Both the position numbers and the translations under genes were made by a program. From positions 28,148,001-28,212,000 of the forward strand of contig OZ024743.1 of assembly GCA_964016885.1 (NCBI GenBank): DNA of 64,000 bases, given 5' to 3'. Origin of the DNA: Eledone cirrhosa (lineage: Eukaryota). This document shows, piece by piece, positions 35,570 to 49,736 of the stretch (position 1 is its first letter; every line of letters begins with the position of its first letter). The notes below the pieces were generated by a model. The model was not told the origin of the DNA. It did no database searches and worked only from the letters and a program-made list of their open reading frames with translations.

Positions 35570-38500
35570 GAAAATAACACCGGAGAAGCAACTCCTATAA
35601 GCTACAATGTCACCCTTCCCACCATCACTACCAGCTCCCCCACCCCCAGCATTAATCTCCATGACACCACCACCAACACCACTCACACCACAAGAACAGT
35701 TGAGAAAATTCTCGTACACCTCTTACAGCTGCAACCATAACAATATCACCTCAATCAACAACAGCAATGACCATAACTATACTGATATAATAGTAATAAT
35801 GATCTCAGTGCCAGCCAGCAAAAGCACTACCCAAAGAGCCGGGCAACTTTCCATGTACATCCAGCCATGCGTAACGCAAGCTTGTACTGCGAGATGAACA
35901 AATAAAAATTAATACACAATACCAAATCGCTTTTCCTATGGTTAATCAGGAAGCGCCTCCCTCAGGAAGATTCCAACGTGAGATCGAAAAGTCCTCCTCT
36001 GGCACAAACTCTTCTCCAATTATGGACCTGCATGGTCACTTGATCGGGGATTGCTCCAACTCGAGCCCTCCAGATCCACTGCCCAAACCACATCAAAAAG
36101 AAAAACCTAAAAGGATGAAATGGACCCGAGAAGAGTATTAGGTAAGCCATCACAAGACAGACACACTTTAAACTCCTACAAAATCTGGAAAACTCGGAAT
36201 CAAGCTAGCAGACGTGATATGGATGGAAATAAGTTGGCTAAAGTAAGGAGGTATATCTTCAGAAATAATAGACTCACAGACACTGAACTAACTGCGATCA
36301 AGCAGGCTGTGGAGAATGACATAAATATAAATGATGAAAGAACTGAAGAATCTCCTGGAGATAGTAACCAGGCAGAAGTCTTTACTGAAAGACCTCCATC
36401 TGACCAAATCACAAATAGATTTGTAGAAATGAGAAGCCCTATTGAATCCGCTGAAAATAGCCAGGAGAGGGACATAGAAACAGTAATTGAAAACCAAACA
36501 TCTGCTGAAGAACACATGGAGACTATGAAGGAATTAAAGCAAAAAATACTGAATGAGCTTGCAGTAGTAAGACATTCTAGTTTAAATAATAGAGAACCAC
36601 TTCAAAAACTCCCAAATACAATCCAAGATAGAAAACAAATAATGATTGGTAATTCTGTGACAAAAGAAATCATAGAAGAACTAGAACCTGATCTTACTGA
36701 GCTAAATGAAATCATTTATGTATCTGCTAGAGTAATTGAAACAAGTTGTTTACCACCAAAAAAACAAAAAAAGTCGAACCTTCGAGGTAAACTAATTTGG
36801 AGGAGTAGAATCGAAATCACCTGTGATCGTAATGAGAGGAGAAATATCTTTGTTGAGTGAGTTAACCGCTGGAAATGATATAAGATCCAAGAAGGTAAGA
36901 CAGCTAAAGAGAAAAAATGGACTGTCTTCTAGAGAAGCAATAGTTTCAACAAAAGAATCTCTGAAACCAAAAAGTCCAAGTAAAAGCCCAACGATTCGAG
37001 AAGCGAAACAACTTCTACAGGCAAAATAAGTTGTTTCATCCAATGCCAAGTCATTTTATAGAGAAGTAGGGAAGGAAAAAATAATTATTGATGACCCCCC
37101 CCCCCCCCCCCGTCCATAGAAGAAGTTGAAAACTTCTGGAGTAATATTTGGAGTGATGAGAAGACATATAATACTAATGCAGATTGAATTAGTCGCCTTG
37201 AAAAATCCTACACAAATTTAGAACAGGCGTGGGGAGACATCTCTATAGCGGACTTAAGGACAGCACTCAATAAATCTCATAAATGGAAATCTCCACAGGG
37301 TGCCACATTTCTGGCTTTCGTCACTCCCGTGCACTCAAGCTGTTTAATGGGATTATGAAAGATCCAAAAAATACACCTGATTGGATAGGAAGTGCCATTA
37401 TCTACCTTCTACCAAAGAACAACGAAACCAAAGATCCAAAAAACTATCGGCCCATAACATGCTTGTCTACCACTTATAAACAATTAACCTCTATTCTCAT
37501 GGAAAAAGCATACGTGTTTTTTGGAGGAGAACAATCTTTTCCCCATTGAACAAAAAGGGTGCCGACGAGGTTCATATGGTTGCAAAGATCAACTTTTGAT
37601 TAATCGTATGATCCTTGAGAGCTGTCATAATAAACACAGAAATCTCAGTTCTGCATGGATGGATTATAAAAAAGCCTTTGACAGCATACCACACTCATGG
37701 ATTCTGAAATCACTGGACATCTTCAAAATTTCACCTGTGATCTCAAACTTCCTGAAGCACAATATGTCATTATGGAACACAAATCTCCAATTGTCTCATT
37801 CCACTTGAGTACTGTGCTCTGGGAATATAAACATCAACTGTGGTATATTCCAGGGTGACTCACTTTCACCCTTGCTTTTCTGCATAGCTTTAATACCCCT
37901 TACACCCGAGCTTAATAGAACAGGGTACGGTTATAGAATTGACAACAAAAAAATAAGCCACCTATTTTATATGGATGATTTGAAGCTATATTGCAAAGAT
38001 AATGACGAACTGGAAGGCCTTGTGCGGACAGTAAAAACGTTTAGCGATGACCCCGGGATGGAGTTTGGACTTGACAAGTGTGCAAAAGCCACTTTCAAGA
38101 AGGGGAAGCTTGTCAACTCGGACTCAGTTGAATTGGATACTGAAACAATCATAAAGGAACTTGAGCAGGAACAAACCTATAAATACTTAGGGATTAATGA
38201 GGGCTCTGGCATACATCATGCAAGTATGAAAGGGAGCATACGGAAAGAATGTTACAAGAGCGTACGTGCAGTTCTGAGATCAGAACTAAACGCTCGTAAC
38301 AAGGTGCTAGACATAAATTCTTTGGCAGTCCCAGTTGTCACTTATAGCTTCAGTGTGTTGAACTGGAATATGAGTGAAATTAAAAGAATCGATACCAAAG
38401 TCCGTAAGCTACTGACCAGTAATAGGATGCACCATCCAAAAGCAGATGTGGATCGTCTTTACCTTCCTAGAACTCATGGAGGCCGTGACCTGATCCAATT

Positions 38501-39750
38501 TGAACTTGCTTACAAGACCACCATCATTGGACTGGCCAAATACCTTGAAACAACTAATGACTATATGCTGAAACTTGTTGAAAAGCATAAGAGAAGTAAG
38601 AAGCTTCATTCTATCTTGAAGGAGAGCAAAAAATATGCTACTGATCTCATGCTTGATACCCAGGCTGGACAGACTAAAGAAACTGATGCAACTGATGCTG
38701 CTAGGCACATAAAATCACTGGCAAAAGCAAAAGGGCAAGGACAATTAGCATCAAATTGGGAGCAGAAACCTCTGCATGGCCCGTAGCAAACAAGCTGATG
38801 TTGACAAAAAGCCATGTGGCCCGTAACAAACAAGCTGATGTTAACCAAAAGCACACACATCAGTGGCTACGTAGTTCAGCGCTAAAGGCGGAGAGTGAAA
38901 CTTCATCTTAGCTGCCCAAGATCAAAGCTTATTGACTCGTAATTACCAGGCCAATGTGATGAGAAACGGAATAAACTGAAAGTGCCGATTCTGCAATGCT
39001 GGGGTTGAAACAGTGGATCACTTAGTCTCTGGATGTAAAGTTTTAGCACCAGTAGAATACAAATATAGATATGATGACAGAGTTGGCCAATATTTACACT
39101 GGGTAATATGTCGGCATTACAAAATCAAAGCCAAAGACAAGTGGTACAATCATCACCCTGAGGCTGTAACTGAAGGAGAAGAAGTAACAATTCTCTGGGA
39201 CTTTCCTGTACATACTGACAGGACCATAAAAGCAAATAGACCTGACATCATTGTAAAAGATCAACATAACAAGGTATGTTTGTTGATAGATATGAGCATC
39301 CCATGTGATCACAATATCGCGGCAAAAGAGTTTGACAAGCTACGAAAATATAAAGATCTGCTTATTGAAATTGAGAAAATGTGGCACCTCAAGGTTGTTA
39401 CAATACCAGTGATTGTGGGAGGACTGGGTATAATCAAGAAAGGAACAGAACAATATTTGCGAATGATTCCTGGTTTGCCCTCTCTGCACGAGGTGCAAAC
39501 AATTGTTTTGACTGGTACTGCACACGTATTGAGAAGAGCACTATCTCTGTAAGATTGATACCCCTCCTTGTATTTACATATGTATATGCACATGAGTATA
39601 TATGTATACTGTTTTTTTTTTCTTTTTTTAATTATAATCAATGTGCTGTATTAACTGGCTTACCAATGCACACTGTGAATTTATTTGCCCTAGGTGTCGG
39701 GAAGACACTCGGCATATATCTCAGAAACAATAATGAAAGAAAATAAAAAC
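35570..39750 (+). mobile_element. Decayed R4/Dong-clade retrotransposon, second family (5' boundary approximate)
   Basis: ORF pieces 35938-39552 contain KWTREE, NYRPITCL, WMDYKKAFDS, FYMDDLK, RPDII...ID...P..K..KY and end AHVLRRALSL. An AT-rich tail lies at ~39750. Confidence 0.88.
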
Positions 39751-40604
39751 AATAATTATAATAATAATTACTACTATTATTATCATTATTATTAATTGAT
39801 CATGTTGAATGACGGGATGTATTTAGGAACATTCTTATAAGTATGTACGAATTGCATTTGTTGTATTTATGCAGTCAAAATAAGCTATTTAATCACAACC
39901 TGCCTGTTTCCAGTAAATGTTATCTGTCAAAGGACGAACATAGCCACTTTAGAGACATAACGATAAAATCTGAATTAAACTGCTCTTCCTTGTGAAGATT
40001 TGAGAAAAAAATAAACCGGCTGACTATATCGATTTACCAGAAATAAACTTATTTAATTTTCGCTTATATGAGTACCACCCTGGAGTTAAAACATTATCAG
40101 ATAACAATCTTTTATTGGTCATTAAAATTTCCTTATAGGCAAAAGAATTGCAATTTTGAAGTTTAAAAATTGAAGAACCTAGTTTCATTTACGGTTGATA
40201 TTGTCCCCACGTCAACATATCAACCGGTCTGTTCAATTACACTCCCTCAATGAAAACGTAGAAATTTAACCTTAAGAATAAATATGGCGGCTTATATGAT
40301 GTGCCAACAGATGAGATGAAAAAAAGATTAACTTTCATTTTAGTAACAACGAAAGATTTTACCTCTAAACTGATTTATATGAAGATATATTCGCTTCCAA
40401 ACACACACATACGACGAACTACACATCTAACTAACCATTCACACATCTACATGTATGTGTGTGTGGACGCGCCTATACATGTATGTACATATGTGTATAA
40501 CTAACTATACATACATCCATACATATGTATAAGAAAATATAAGTATGCATAACTTCAAACATAAATACATACATAAATAAATACATACATACATACAAAA
40601 TTTT

Positions 40605-41250
40605 GCATCTAATAACTGCATATACACATGTACAGATACAAAGCATATACACATGCACACATACAACTCAAAGCATACACATCCACACATACAATAACAT
40701 CCATATCTACACATGCATACATACATATCTACCTAGTTGATGTTGTGTAAATTCCAATGAGAGAGTCTTGTGTCTATGTTAGAAACCGACTCTCTCTCTA
40801 TTGGTAAAACTTTGTGAAATTATAAAACCAGGAGAACATACATACATATATACATACATATGGTAGGGATATGTTAGTAACTGCCTCAATACAAAGCTTG
40901 AGAAACTGGGCTTCACAGAAACAGAAATAACACAACTAGTTAGGAAATTACAAGTACAATCCAGTAAAAACAGTAAAAATACGTAAACCATCTAATAACT
41001 GCATATACGCATGTTCAGATACAAAGCATATGGACATGCACATATACAACACAAAACATACACATCCACACATACAATAACATCCATACCTGCACACACA
41101 TGAATGCATGCATACATGCAGACATGCATTCATATTTACCTAGTTGATGCTGTGTAAATTCCAATGAGAGAGTCTTGTATCTATGTTAGAAACCGATCCT
41201 CTCTCTATTGGCAAAAAATTGTGAAATTATAAAACCAGAAGAACATACAT
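40605..41250. repeat. Local direct duplication (~240-260 bp, two copies)
   Basis: 40605-40845 is repeated at 40988-41250 (catctaataactgcatatac...tgtgaaattataaaacca). Confidence 0.85.
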
Positions 41251-41268
41251 GCGTAAAAAAATACATAA

Positions 41269-41344
<76 letters not shown>

Positions 41345-42582
41345 TCTAGAGCTGTGCGCTACTAACTGAAACTGCGTAGAAGAGTTTCTTCGTGTTATGA
41401 GATGAATTGCTCCTCCATGATTGGTTTCGGTCAAGAAGAGGCGTTTCTGTTAATCTCTGCTACTGCAACTCGTAAATATTGTATAGCGTAGCAGCCCCAA
41501 AAAGGGTCTCTGGAAAGCAACAATGTCGTCCGATAAATGTTGCGATAGCTCTGCTGGATTTTATAGTTCTTGTTATAACAATTGATGGCTCTTCCAGCGC
41601 ATCTCCCTTACCATCCTTCGGGGAAACGCCTTCCTCATTCTGTCCGCCGGGGCTGTGGGGAGGTCAGCACGTGGGACCCCATTTTCTCACCATACAGATT
41701 AAGACATATAACCTCTCTTTTTCTTTTAATTACTCTTTTACGATATACTATTTGTGTCATTTTAAATGTTTGTTGATGCTGCTTTTTCTCTTGTTGCCAT
41801 TGTTACGGTTTGGTGCAGTTATTATTTAAATTATATTCATCTCCGTCGATAAAATATATTGGCTTTCGATTTTAATCACTCGTCTGAAATCCCTTACTAC
41901 GGAGCCTTTCAAGGGGAAAGAATCCGGTTACACCGTTTACACCGTTGTAGTAGTCAGCAACATCTCGAAATTCAGTTTCATCACTTATCAGTCCTGCCTA
42001 TGTTAGCGAAAGCAAAGCAAAGTCAAATAAATAAATAAATAAATAAAAAAGAAAAAAAAAAAGAAAAGAAAACAATAGTGCTCACTTCTCTTGATAATAT
42101 CGTTGTTTACAACACTAAACATGATTAACTTTCTGACATTGATTAAAAGGAGATTTCTTTGTTCAAGTTGATTATATTTCTTTTTAGATCTTTGTAGTTT
42201 CTCATACGCGTCTAGCCATAAATAGCCGAAACCACAACAACATTGTTTAGCTGAAAAATACATTCTGTTATCCAACTCGTAGTATACATCTTTTGCATGC
42301 TATACTCATTCCCGACGAAATGTGTATCTTTATCTTGTTTTCAACCTTTAGGTTTCAGTACATTGGTACGCATAAAACATTCATATCATCATCTGTGTGT
42401 TATTGTTATCACTGTCATTTTGTTCATTGCTGTCGGTAAATATTTATTTTTCTTTATCGTATTAGTTAAGTAATACTAGGTCGTTTGCAAATTCCAACCG
42501 ACTGCTTATACACCCGCCAGTCATAATATTACTTCCAACCCTGCTGCGCATGTAAATCCTGTTCATATTTTTAATGAAGAGG

Positions 42583-43330
42583 TGAGGAACGCACGATATT
42601 TGCACTTGATAGGTTTGATGCCGAGTCCTGCTTGGCTGAAATGAAAATCAATGCTGTAGAAACTGAGACACTCATCCTCTCAAGCAGGCCTGAGAAGTGC
42701 ACTCTACATGTGAATAGAGTTCCACTGGAGCAGGTAGAGAAGTTCAAGTATCTCTGGGTTGTGTTCATGAGTGATGGAAGGCAGGAGGCGGAATTAAGTG
42801 CAAGAATTGAGGAGCTGGTGCAGTAATGCATCAGCTTCAGCATTCAGTAATCAGAAGAAGGGAGGTAGGTGTAAAAGCCAAACTCGTTATCTTCAATTCA
42901 GTTTTCGTACCAACCCTTTCCTATGGTCATGAATCTTGGGTAATGACTGAAAGTATATGATTGAGAATACAAGCGACCGAAATGGGTTTCCTCCGAAGGG
43001 TACCTAGAGTAACGTTACTCGATAAAGTGCGTAACTCAGAGATCAGAGAGTCGATCAAGTTAGAGCCGTTACTTCTCTGAATTGAGAGATCACAGCTCCG
43101 ATACTATGGGTATGTCGTTAGAATGTCTCAGGATAAAATCGCTGGGCAGATTTTACGGGCAAAACCAATTGGCAAGAGACCCAGGGGTAGACCCCGTGTA
43201 AGGTAATTGGATTACATCCATGAGCTTGGGGATACAGTTGGAGAAAATTGCTTCTCTCAGGTCCCGTTGGAAGGAGTGTTGGAGGACTCTGCCCCCACAA
43301 CCCTCTCAGGAATAAGTGGGCGAAGAAGTA
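42583..43330 (+). mobile_element. Decayed 3' fragment of an RTE-clade LINE
   Basis: MKIN..ETE, VEKFKYL, then ctttcctatggtcatgaatcttgg (LSYGHESW) and LRYYG-like motifs with many stops. Confidence 0.75.
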
Positions 43331-44509
43331 TTAGTTCTATAACTTTTGTTGCAGTTGATGAGCCGAAGGTCAGTTCTGGTGGAGCAGACCTAACATCAAA
43401 GATATTCCGTAGTAATGACGGGATTTAAAATGTATTAAAGACCACATTAGCTAACTTGTCCTTTATTTGAAGCCAGTAGACTGTGATTTGAGGGAGACTA
43501 GCTGATATATTTAGCAGGTTAACAATCACAGAGCAGTTCATCCATTGGCTGTTGATATAGTCATTTTCACATATATCGATGTTACCTGGTATTTTATATT
43601 TTCATACGCTGACACTCAAATTCATAAGTACACACATACAACGAATTATATATTAATCATATACACTTGCAAGGATACACCTACATGTATTCTCACATGT
43701 TCAAGCTCACTTTCATTTTACTCTTTGTCTTTCTGAATTTGTCAGTTCTTCTTCTCATTTCCATACTCTTCCTCTTCCTAACCCCCATCTCCCCTTCTCT
43801 CCATTCACTCTCCCCTTCTCTCCCCCTCTCTCACTAATCCTGATTCATGTTGTGTTTCTTTATATTTTCTCAGTCACCCCCATCATATGTATGTCACTCC
43901 TCACATTTAATAACCCAGCTTATCTCGCCTGATTATACCATATAATGAAGGTCTACACACACATAGTAGTCATCTCCTATCTCACAGTAATTATTACATA
44001 GAGACGTAATCATACAGTTTCCTCTATAAAAACACAACTGTCTCTGACATGCAACTATCGCTCACACGTACAGCGCACGAAACTATTATAACATCCACAA
44101 ATGCCACTCACTCTTCGTCCTATTAAGGTAAATACCCCCAAATTGTCACTGAAACCAACACCCATTAAAGTACAAACTCACCCATAATTGCAACACACAA
44201 CTTCACTCACAAAGCTACCACTATACCCACAATTCTTATTCCACACCTTCAACTATTAAGGTAGTAACACATCTACAATTGTAACTCATACCTCGCCAAT
44301 AAAGGTGCAACTACACCAACAAATATCATCCATAAATAGCCTCAGCGATGAAAGTATTACCACACACACACACACACACACTGTCACTCACAGAAAGCTT
44401 CACCCATGAAAAGACTACCTTACCCACAATTGTTATTCGTAATTAGCCTCACCCATCAAAGTACCACCTCTCTCACCAGTGTCACTTACAACTAACCATA
44501 CACATGAAG

Positions 44510-44725
44510 ATAATGGTTTCAGATTTCGGTACAAAGCCAGCTATTTTGGGGGAGGAGAATCGATTAAATCGACTCCAGTGCATTACTGGTACTTTATTTT
44601 ATCGACTCTGTAAGGGTGAAAGGCAAAGTTAACCTTGGCGGAATTTGAACTCAGAACGTTAAGGGACGTACTCTATGCTGCAAAGCATGGTTTCCGTCGC
44701 TCCAGCGATACTGCTAATCCACCAC
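44510..44725 (-). mobile_element. tRNA-derived SINE
   Basis: Reverse complement of the 4640 family. Confidence 0.85.
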
Positions 44726-45056
44726 CCTCTTGAAAGTAATGCCAGACTCATAATTGCCCCCTCAAATCGAAACCATCAAGGTATCAACTCACAGATAGCC
44801 TTAGCCATCAAATGACAGTCACACTCATTATTGCCACACACACACGCACACAAACAATCAAGTTATCACCAACGACATTACTGCCACTTACTCATCTACT
44901 TATAAATTACCACCGTACCTACAAATATCAGTCTCCATTCCGTCTATCAAGGTATTACATCGGAAACAACTGTCACTCAAACCTCCATTCGTCCAGGTAT
45001 CATCACATCTTGATTCATCTAGGTATCAATACTATCACAAATTCCACATACATTAT

Positions 45057-45270
45057 GACGGAAGAATCGGTAGAGCGTCGGACTAAATGCTTCGCAGCAT
45101 ACAATTATGGCTCTTTACGTTCTCAGTTCAAATCACGCCGATATTAGCTTTGCTTTTCATCCTTACGGGTTCGATGAAATAAAGTACCAGTAATGCAGTG
45201 TGGTCGATTTAATCGACTTTTCTCTTCCCTTCAAATTGCTGGCATTGTCTCTAAAGTAGAAACAATTATT
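45057..45270 (+). mobile_element. tRNA-derived SINE
   Basis: Same family core. Confidence 0.8.
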
Positions 45271-45929
45271 CTTGTAAATTCCCCTCACCACAGATTGTCT
45301 ATACACGTTTTCATGGTCAGAGTGACAAACATCCGTCATCATAAATCAAACATTTCCCTCCCACCAATCGATAAACCCTTATATTTTTCTCTCCACAGAT
45401 ACTTCGCACACTAATGTACAGCCGAAACCCAGCTTTTTTTCACTAAAGTCTTGTGCATACTTAGATACATTGATAGCTACACACACACACACACATACAC
45501 ACACACACACCTTGTAATTTAACGGCCCTTATCACGTGCTTTTCTAAGCCTTTGTCATTTAGACACACACACACGCACACGCACACACACACACGCACAC
45601 CCACACAGGACATTACCCATTCATTTTCTAAGATTCTGTAATACACAATCACATGCACACATATACAGGAAATATCCTGTAACCACCAACACTTTAATCT
45701 CACATCCCTATCTATTACGTCCCTAAACCACTGTGACACACGTATACACCAAGAGCCACCCACACGTTTATCTAAAACACAGAATCCCACTATCTATTTT
45801 CTCTAAGTCCTTCTGACATGCATTCACGTCCTAGCAATTCACGCTCTAATTCCAGGAAATTCTAAATCGCTGTCACACACATACACACACATACACACAC
45901 GTATGCACAAGATCTAGTAACCTAACTCT

Positions 45930-46645
45930 CTTGCTGTCTCTCTCTCTCATTCTCTTTCTCTCTTCTCTCTTTCATCCTCTCTGTCATTCTCTTTCTCTCT
46001 CTCATTCTCTCTCTCTTCGCACTTTTTCTTTCTCATTGTCTCTTCTTCTCTCTCCCTTTGTCACTTTCTTTCTCATTGTCTCTTCTTCTCTCTCCCTTTG
46101 TCACTTTCTTTCTCATTGTCTCTTCTTCTCTCTCCCTTTGTCACTTTCTTTCTCTCCTTCTCTCTCTCTCTCTCTCTCTTACTCTCTCTCTCCTCTCTTT
46201 CTCACTTCTTTCTCTTTCTCTCTCTCCTTCTCTCTATTTCTGTCTCTCGTTCTTTCTCTCTCTTCTCTCTCTTTCTCACTTTCTCTCTCTCCTTCTCTCA
46301 CTTTCTGTCTCTCCTTCTCACTTTCTGTCTCTCTGTTCTCTCTCTTTCTCACTCTCTCTCTCTCAGACATATGCACACGATCTAGCAAGCTAACTCTCTT
46401 CCGTTCTCTCTCTCTCTCTTCCATTCTCCGTCTCTCCATTTGTACCTATCTCTCTCTGTCTCTCCTTTCTCTCTCTTCCATTCTCCGCCTCTCTGTCTCT
46501 CCTTTCTCTCTCTTCCATTCTCCGCCTCTCTCTCTCTCCCCATTTCTCTCCGTCTCTCCCCCACTCGCTCCGTCTCTCCCTCTCTTCCCCGTTCTCTCTC
46601 CATCTCTCCCCCTCTCTCTCCGTCTCCCCCTCTCTCTTTCTCTCA
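45930..46645. repeat. CT-rich mini/microsatellite block
   Basis: Includes ~39-bp repeats. It explains the 267-aa L/S/F ORF. Confidence 0.9.
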
Positions 46646-46769
46646 AGCAAGCACGCACGCAAGTTCTCTCACACAGAACCACAACTCTATCTATTATTAA
46701 TTCTTTATCTTTTGTCACTAACGGCCACCTATAAAGTAATAATTAAATTTTTATATTTTTGTGAGGTAT

Positions 46770-48650
46770 GATCGATAAAATAAAGTACCAGTAATGCACT
46801 GGGTAATTGCTGGCCTTGTGCCTAAAGTAGAAACAATTATTTCCATGATAAACCCATCTTGTTTTAAACAGTTTGTATTATCGAAAATATCATTTTTATT
46901 TAAAAATATGCGATATATTTCAAGGAAATTTGCCAGATATTTTGATATTGAACAATTACTTATAGACTCCCTTGGTACTTCGATTATAGTTAATCATATC
47001 ATTTAATAGTGATCATATTGTTGCAGATGTTGTTGTATTTTGTTGTTATTGTCGTTTTTATTGTTGTTCCTGCTGTTGTTGTAGATGTTTTTTTTATAAA
47101 GCTCCAGCTCAGTCTTGACCAATCAGAATTATGTCATCTCGTCAAGTAGTAGATTGAGGACATGATTGTCCAATATGACCTTCCTTTTCACATCAAGGTA
47201 ATCAGCAGAATGTCAGACGAATGAGGAATTATTGTTGGGGGTTGGCAGTATCCGTAGAAGGTCGGACGCCATGCTTTGCAGCATAGAGAGTCTGAGTTCA
47301 AATCCCGCCGAGGTTAACTTTGCCTTTCATCCTTGCGGAGTCGATAAAATAAAGTACCAGTAATACACTGACATAATTGCTGGCCTTGTGCCAAAAATAG
47401 AAACAATTATTATTTATTGTTGTTGATTTTTAGGGCGATGGATTGGCAATATCGATAAAAGGTCGGACAGCATCCTTTGCAGCATAGAGTTACGGCCATT
47501 TACGTTATCAGTTCAAATTCCACTGAGGTTAACTTTGCCTTTCATCCTTACGGAGGTTCATAAAATAAAGTACCAGTAATTCACTGGGGTCGATTTAATC
47601 GACTTTCCCCTACCCCCAAAATTGCTGGCCTTGTGCCTATATTAGAAATCATTATCGTTGTTGTTGTTGTTGTGTCGTGTTTGGTGTTGTGTTTGGACGA
47701 TCGTTTTTTAGGCATGCTGTAAAATACTATCCCTGATTGCATTCTTTACTTTGTCATATGTGTGTTGCAGATACTATGGAGTTCTAAGTAAACCGTGGTA
47801 TGTTTGTCTTCTGAGTGTGTGTATCTTTATGTTGGTTTCGATAAAATAAAAATACTAATCAAGTACTGAGTCGATTTAATCGACTTTCCCCTCCCCCGAA
47901 ATTGCTGGCCTTGTGCCTAAATCAGAAACCATTATTATAACTAATACTGGTTTTTGATTTAGACACGAGTAGTGGGGTTGGGAAAAGTCGATTATATTGA
48001 CCTAATTATCTAAAAGGTATTGTATTTTATCAGCCATAAAAAAATGAAAAGCAAAGCTGACCTGAATGGGATTGAACTCAGAACGTAGAACTGCTAATTA
48101 AATACCACAAACCATTTTCCCAACACTTTACCAATTCACCGCCCAAAACGTTGTAGTCAATATAACGGTTTCTTATATAGGCACAAGGCCAGCAATTAAA
48201 TCGACCCCAGTGCCTGCCTTGTACTTTATTTTATCGACCTCTTAAGTAAGTTAACCTCGGCGGGATTTGAACTCTGATCATAAAGAGCCGTGTTTCTATG
48301 CTGCAAAGCATGGCGCCCGACTCTCGACAAATCCACTGCGCTCGGTTGTAGTAAATATAACGACAACAAGAACAGTAACTATAGTTATGAACATGTGCAT
48401 GAAAAGGTTGAGGTTTCATCCGATGGTAATTATCACAGGTATTTTAGTGATCTCGAAATAGCGACATAACATGAAGCGTTTTACTCCAGAACATAATGTA
48501 CTCTCCAGGCTAGGAATCGAAACCACGACATTAAATCGTGATTCCAGCACACCTAACGAATAGGGCACGCACCTTCACGAATAGGAGCAATAATGGTTTC
48601 CAATTTTTTAGAAGGGAAAAATCGACTACATCGACCTCAGCATTTCACTT
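46770..48650. mobile_element. Cluster of about 7 SINE copies or fragments in both orientations
   Basis: Plus-strand copies at ~46770-46840, 47240-47412, 47438-47655 and 47835-47940. Minus-strand copies at ~47945-48130, 48163-48345 and 48590-48650. Confidence 0.8.
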
Positions 48651-48796
48651 GGGCTTTAAATGGTAAAAATAAGAAAAACCCTATAAAACTGTCCGTTCAC
48701 CGAATTAACTGGGAATAACAAAGAATCAATTCTAAAGCTTTTTATGGACAAGGAAAGAAATGGTGCAAAGCAAGTACATGTGTACGCATATGTAGG

Positions 48797-48828
<32 letters not shown>

Positions 48829-48929
48829 TATATATATATACATATATACATATATATATATATATTTATACATTATGTGTGTGTGTGTAATATATCAAAG
48901 CAAAACTTCCCACCTCTATTATACCACTA

Positions 48930-48933
48930 CCAT

Positions 48934-48995
<62 letters not shown>

Positions 48996-49265
48996 TACGC
49001 GTAATATGCATACTAATTCTTTCCATACTTTTTCATATTTTTCTTATTCGCAACCTCTACTTTCTCCTACTCTTCCCGCTCCTCCTCCACCTCCTCCTAC
49101 TATTTCTTCTTCTTCTTTTTATTATTATTATTATTTTTATTATTATTATTATTATATTATTATTATTATTGTTGTTGTTGTTGTTATTGTTGTTGCTGTT
49201 GCGTCGTCGTCGTCGTCGTCGTCGTCTTTGTTGTTGTTGTTGTTGTTGTTATTATTATTATCAAA
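48930..49265. repeat. Compound trinucleotide microsatellites (ACT, CCT, ATT, GTT, CGT)
   Basis: Direct inspection. Confidence 0.9.
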
Positions 49266-49736
49266 TAAATAATAAGTAAATGAATCATTATCATTATTGC
49301 CGTACAAAGTGACTGATCGATTATATCTTATGTTCGAATCAATAAACTTGACACGAAACTTCCTTAATTGATTAAATCTTACATTTATCCAAATCGTTGA
49401 TCAGATTCTGGTGACGAATATATCTATATCTATCTATCTATATATATATATACATACATACAGAGAGAGAGAGAGGGGGAGGGGGAGGGAGAGAGAGAGC
49501 GAGAGAGAGAGGGGGAGAGAGCGAGAGAGAGACAGAGAGAGAGTAGATTTGGAAATCGATTGCTTGTGTACTTGTTGGTATTTTTGTGTATGTTTATTTT
49601 TATCTATATTTGCAATTATTTTCTTCACAAGGACATTTTTGGTAAGCTGTGAATATAATTTATTTTTAACATCCATAAATTAATAAAGAAAAATATCCAC
49701 TATAGCACACGCATATATGTATATATATATATATAT

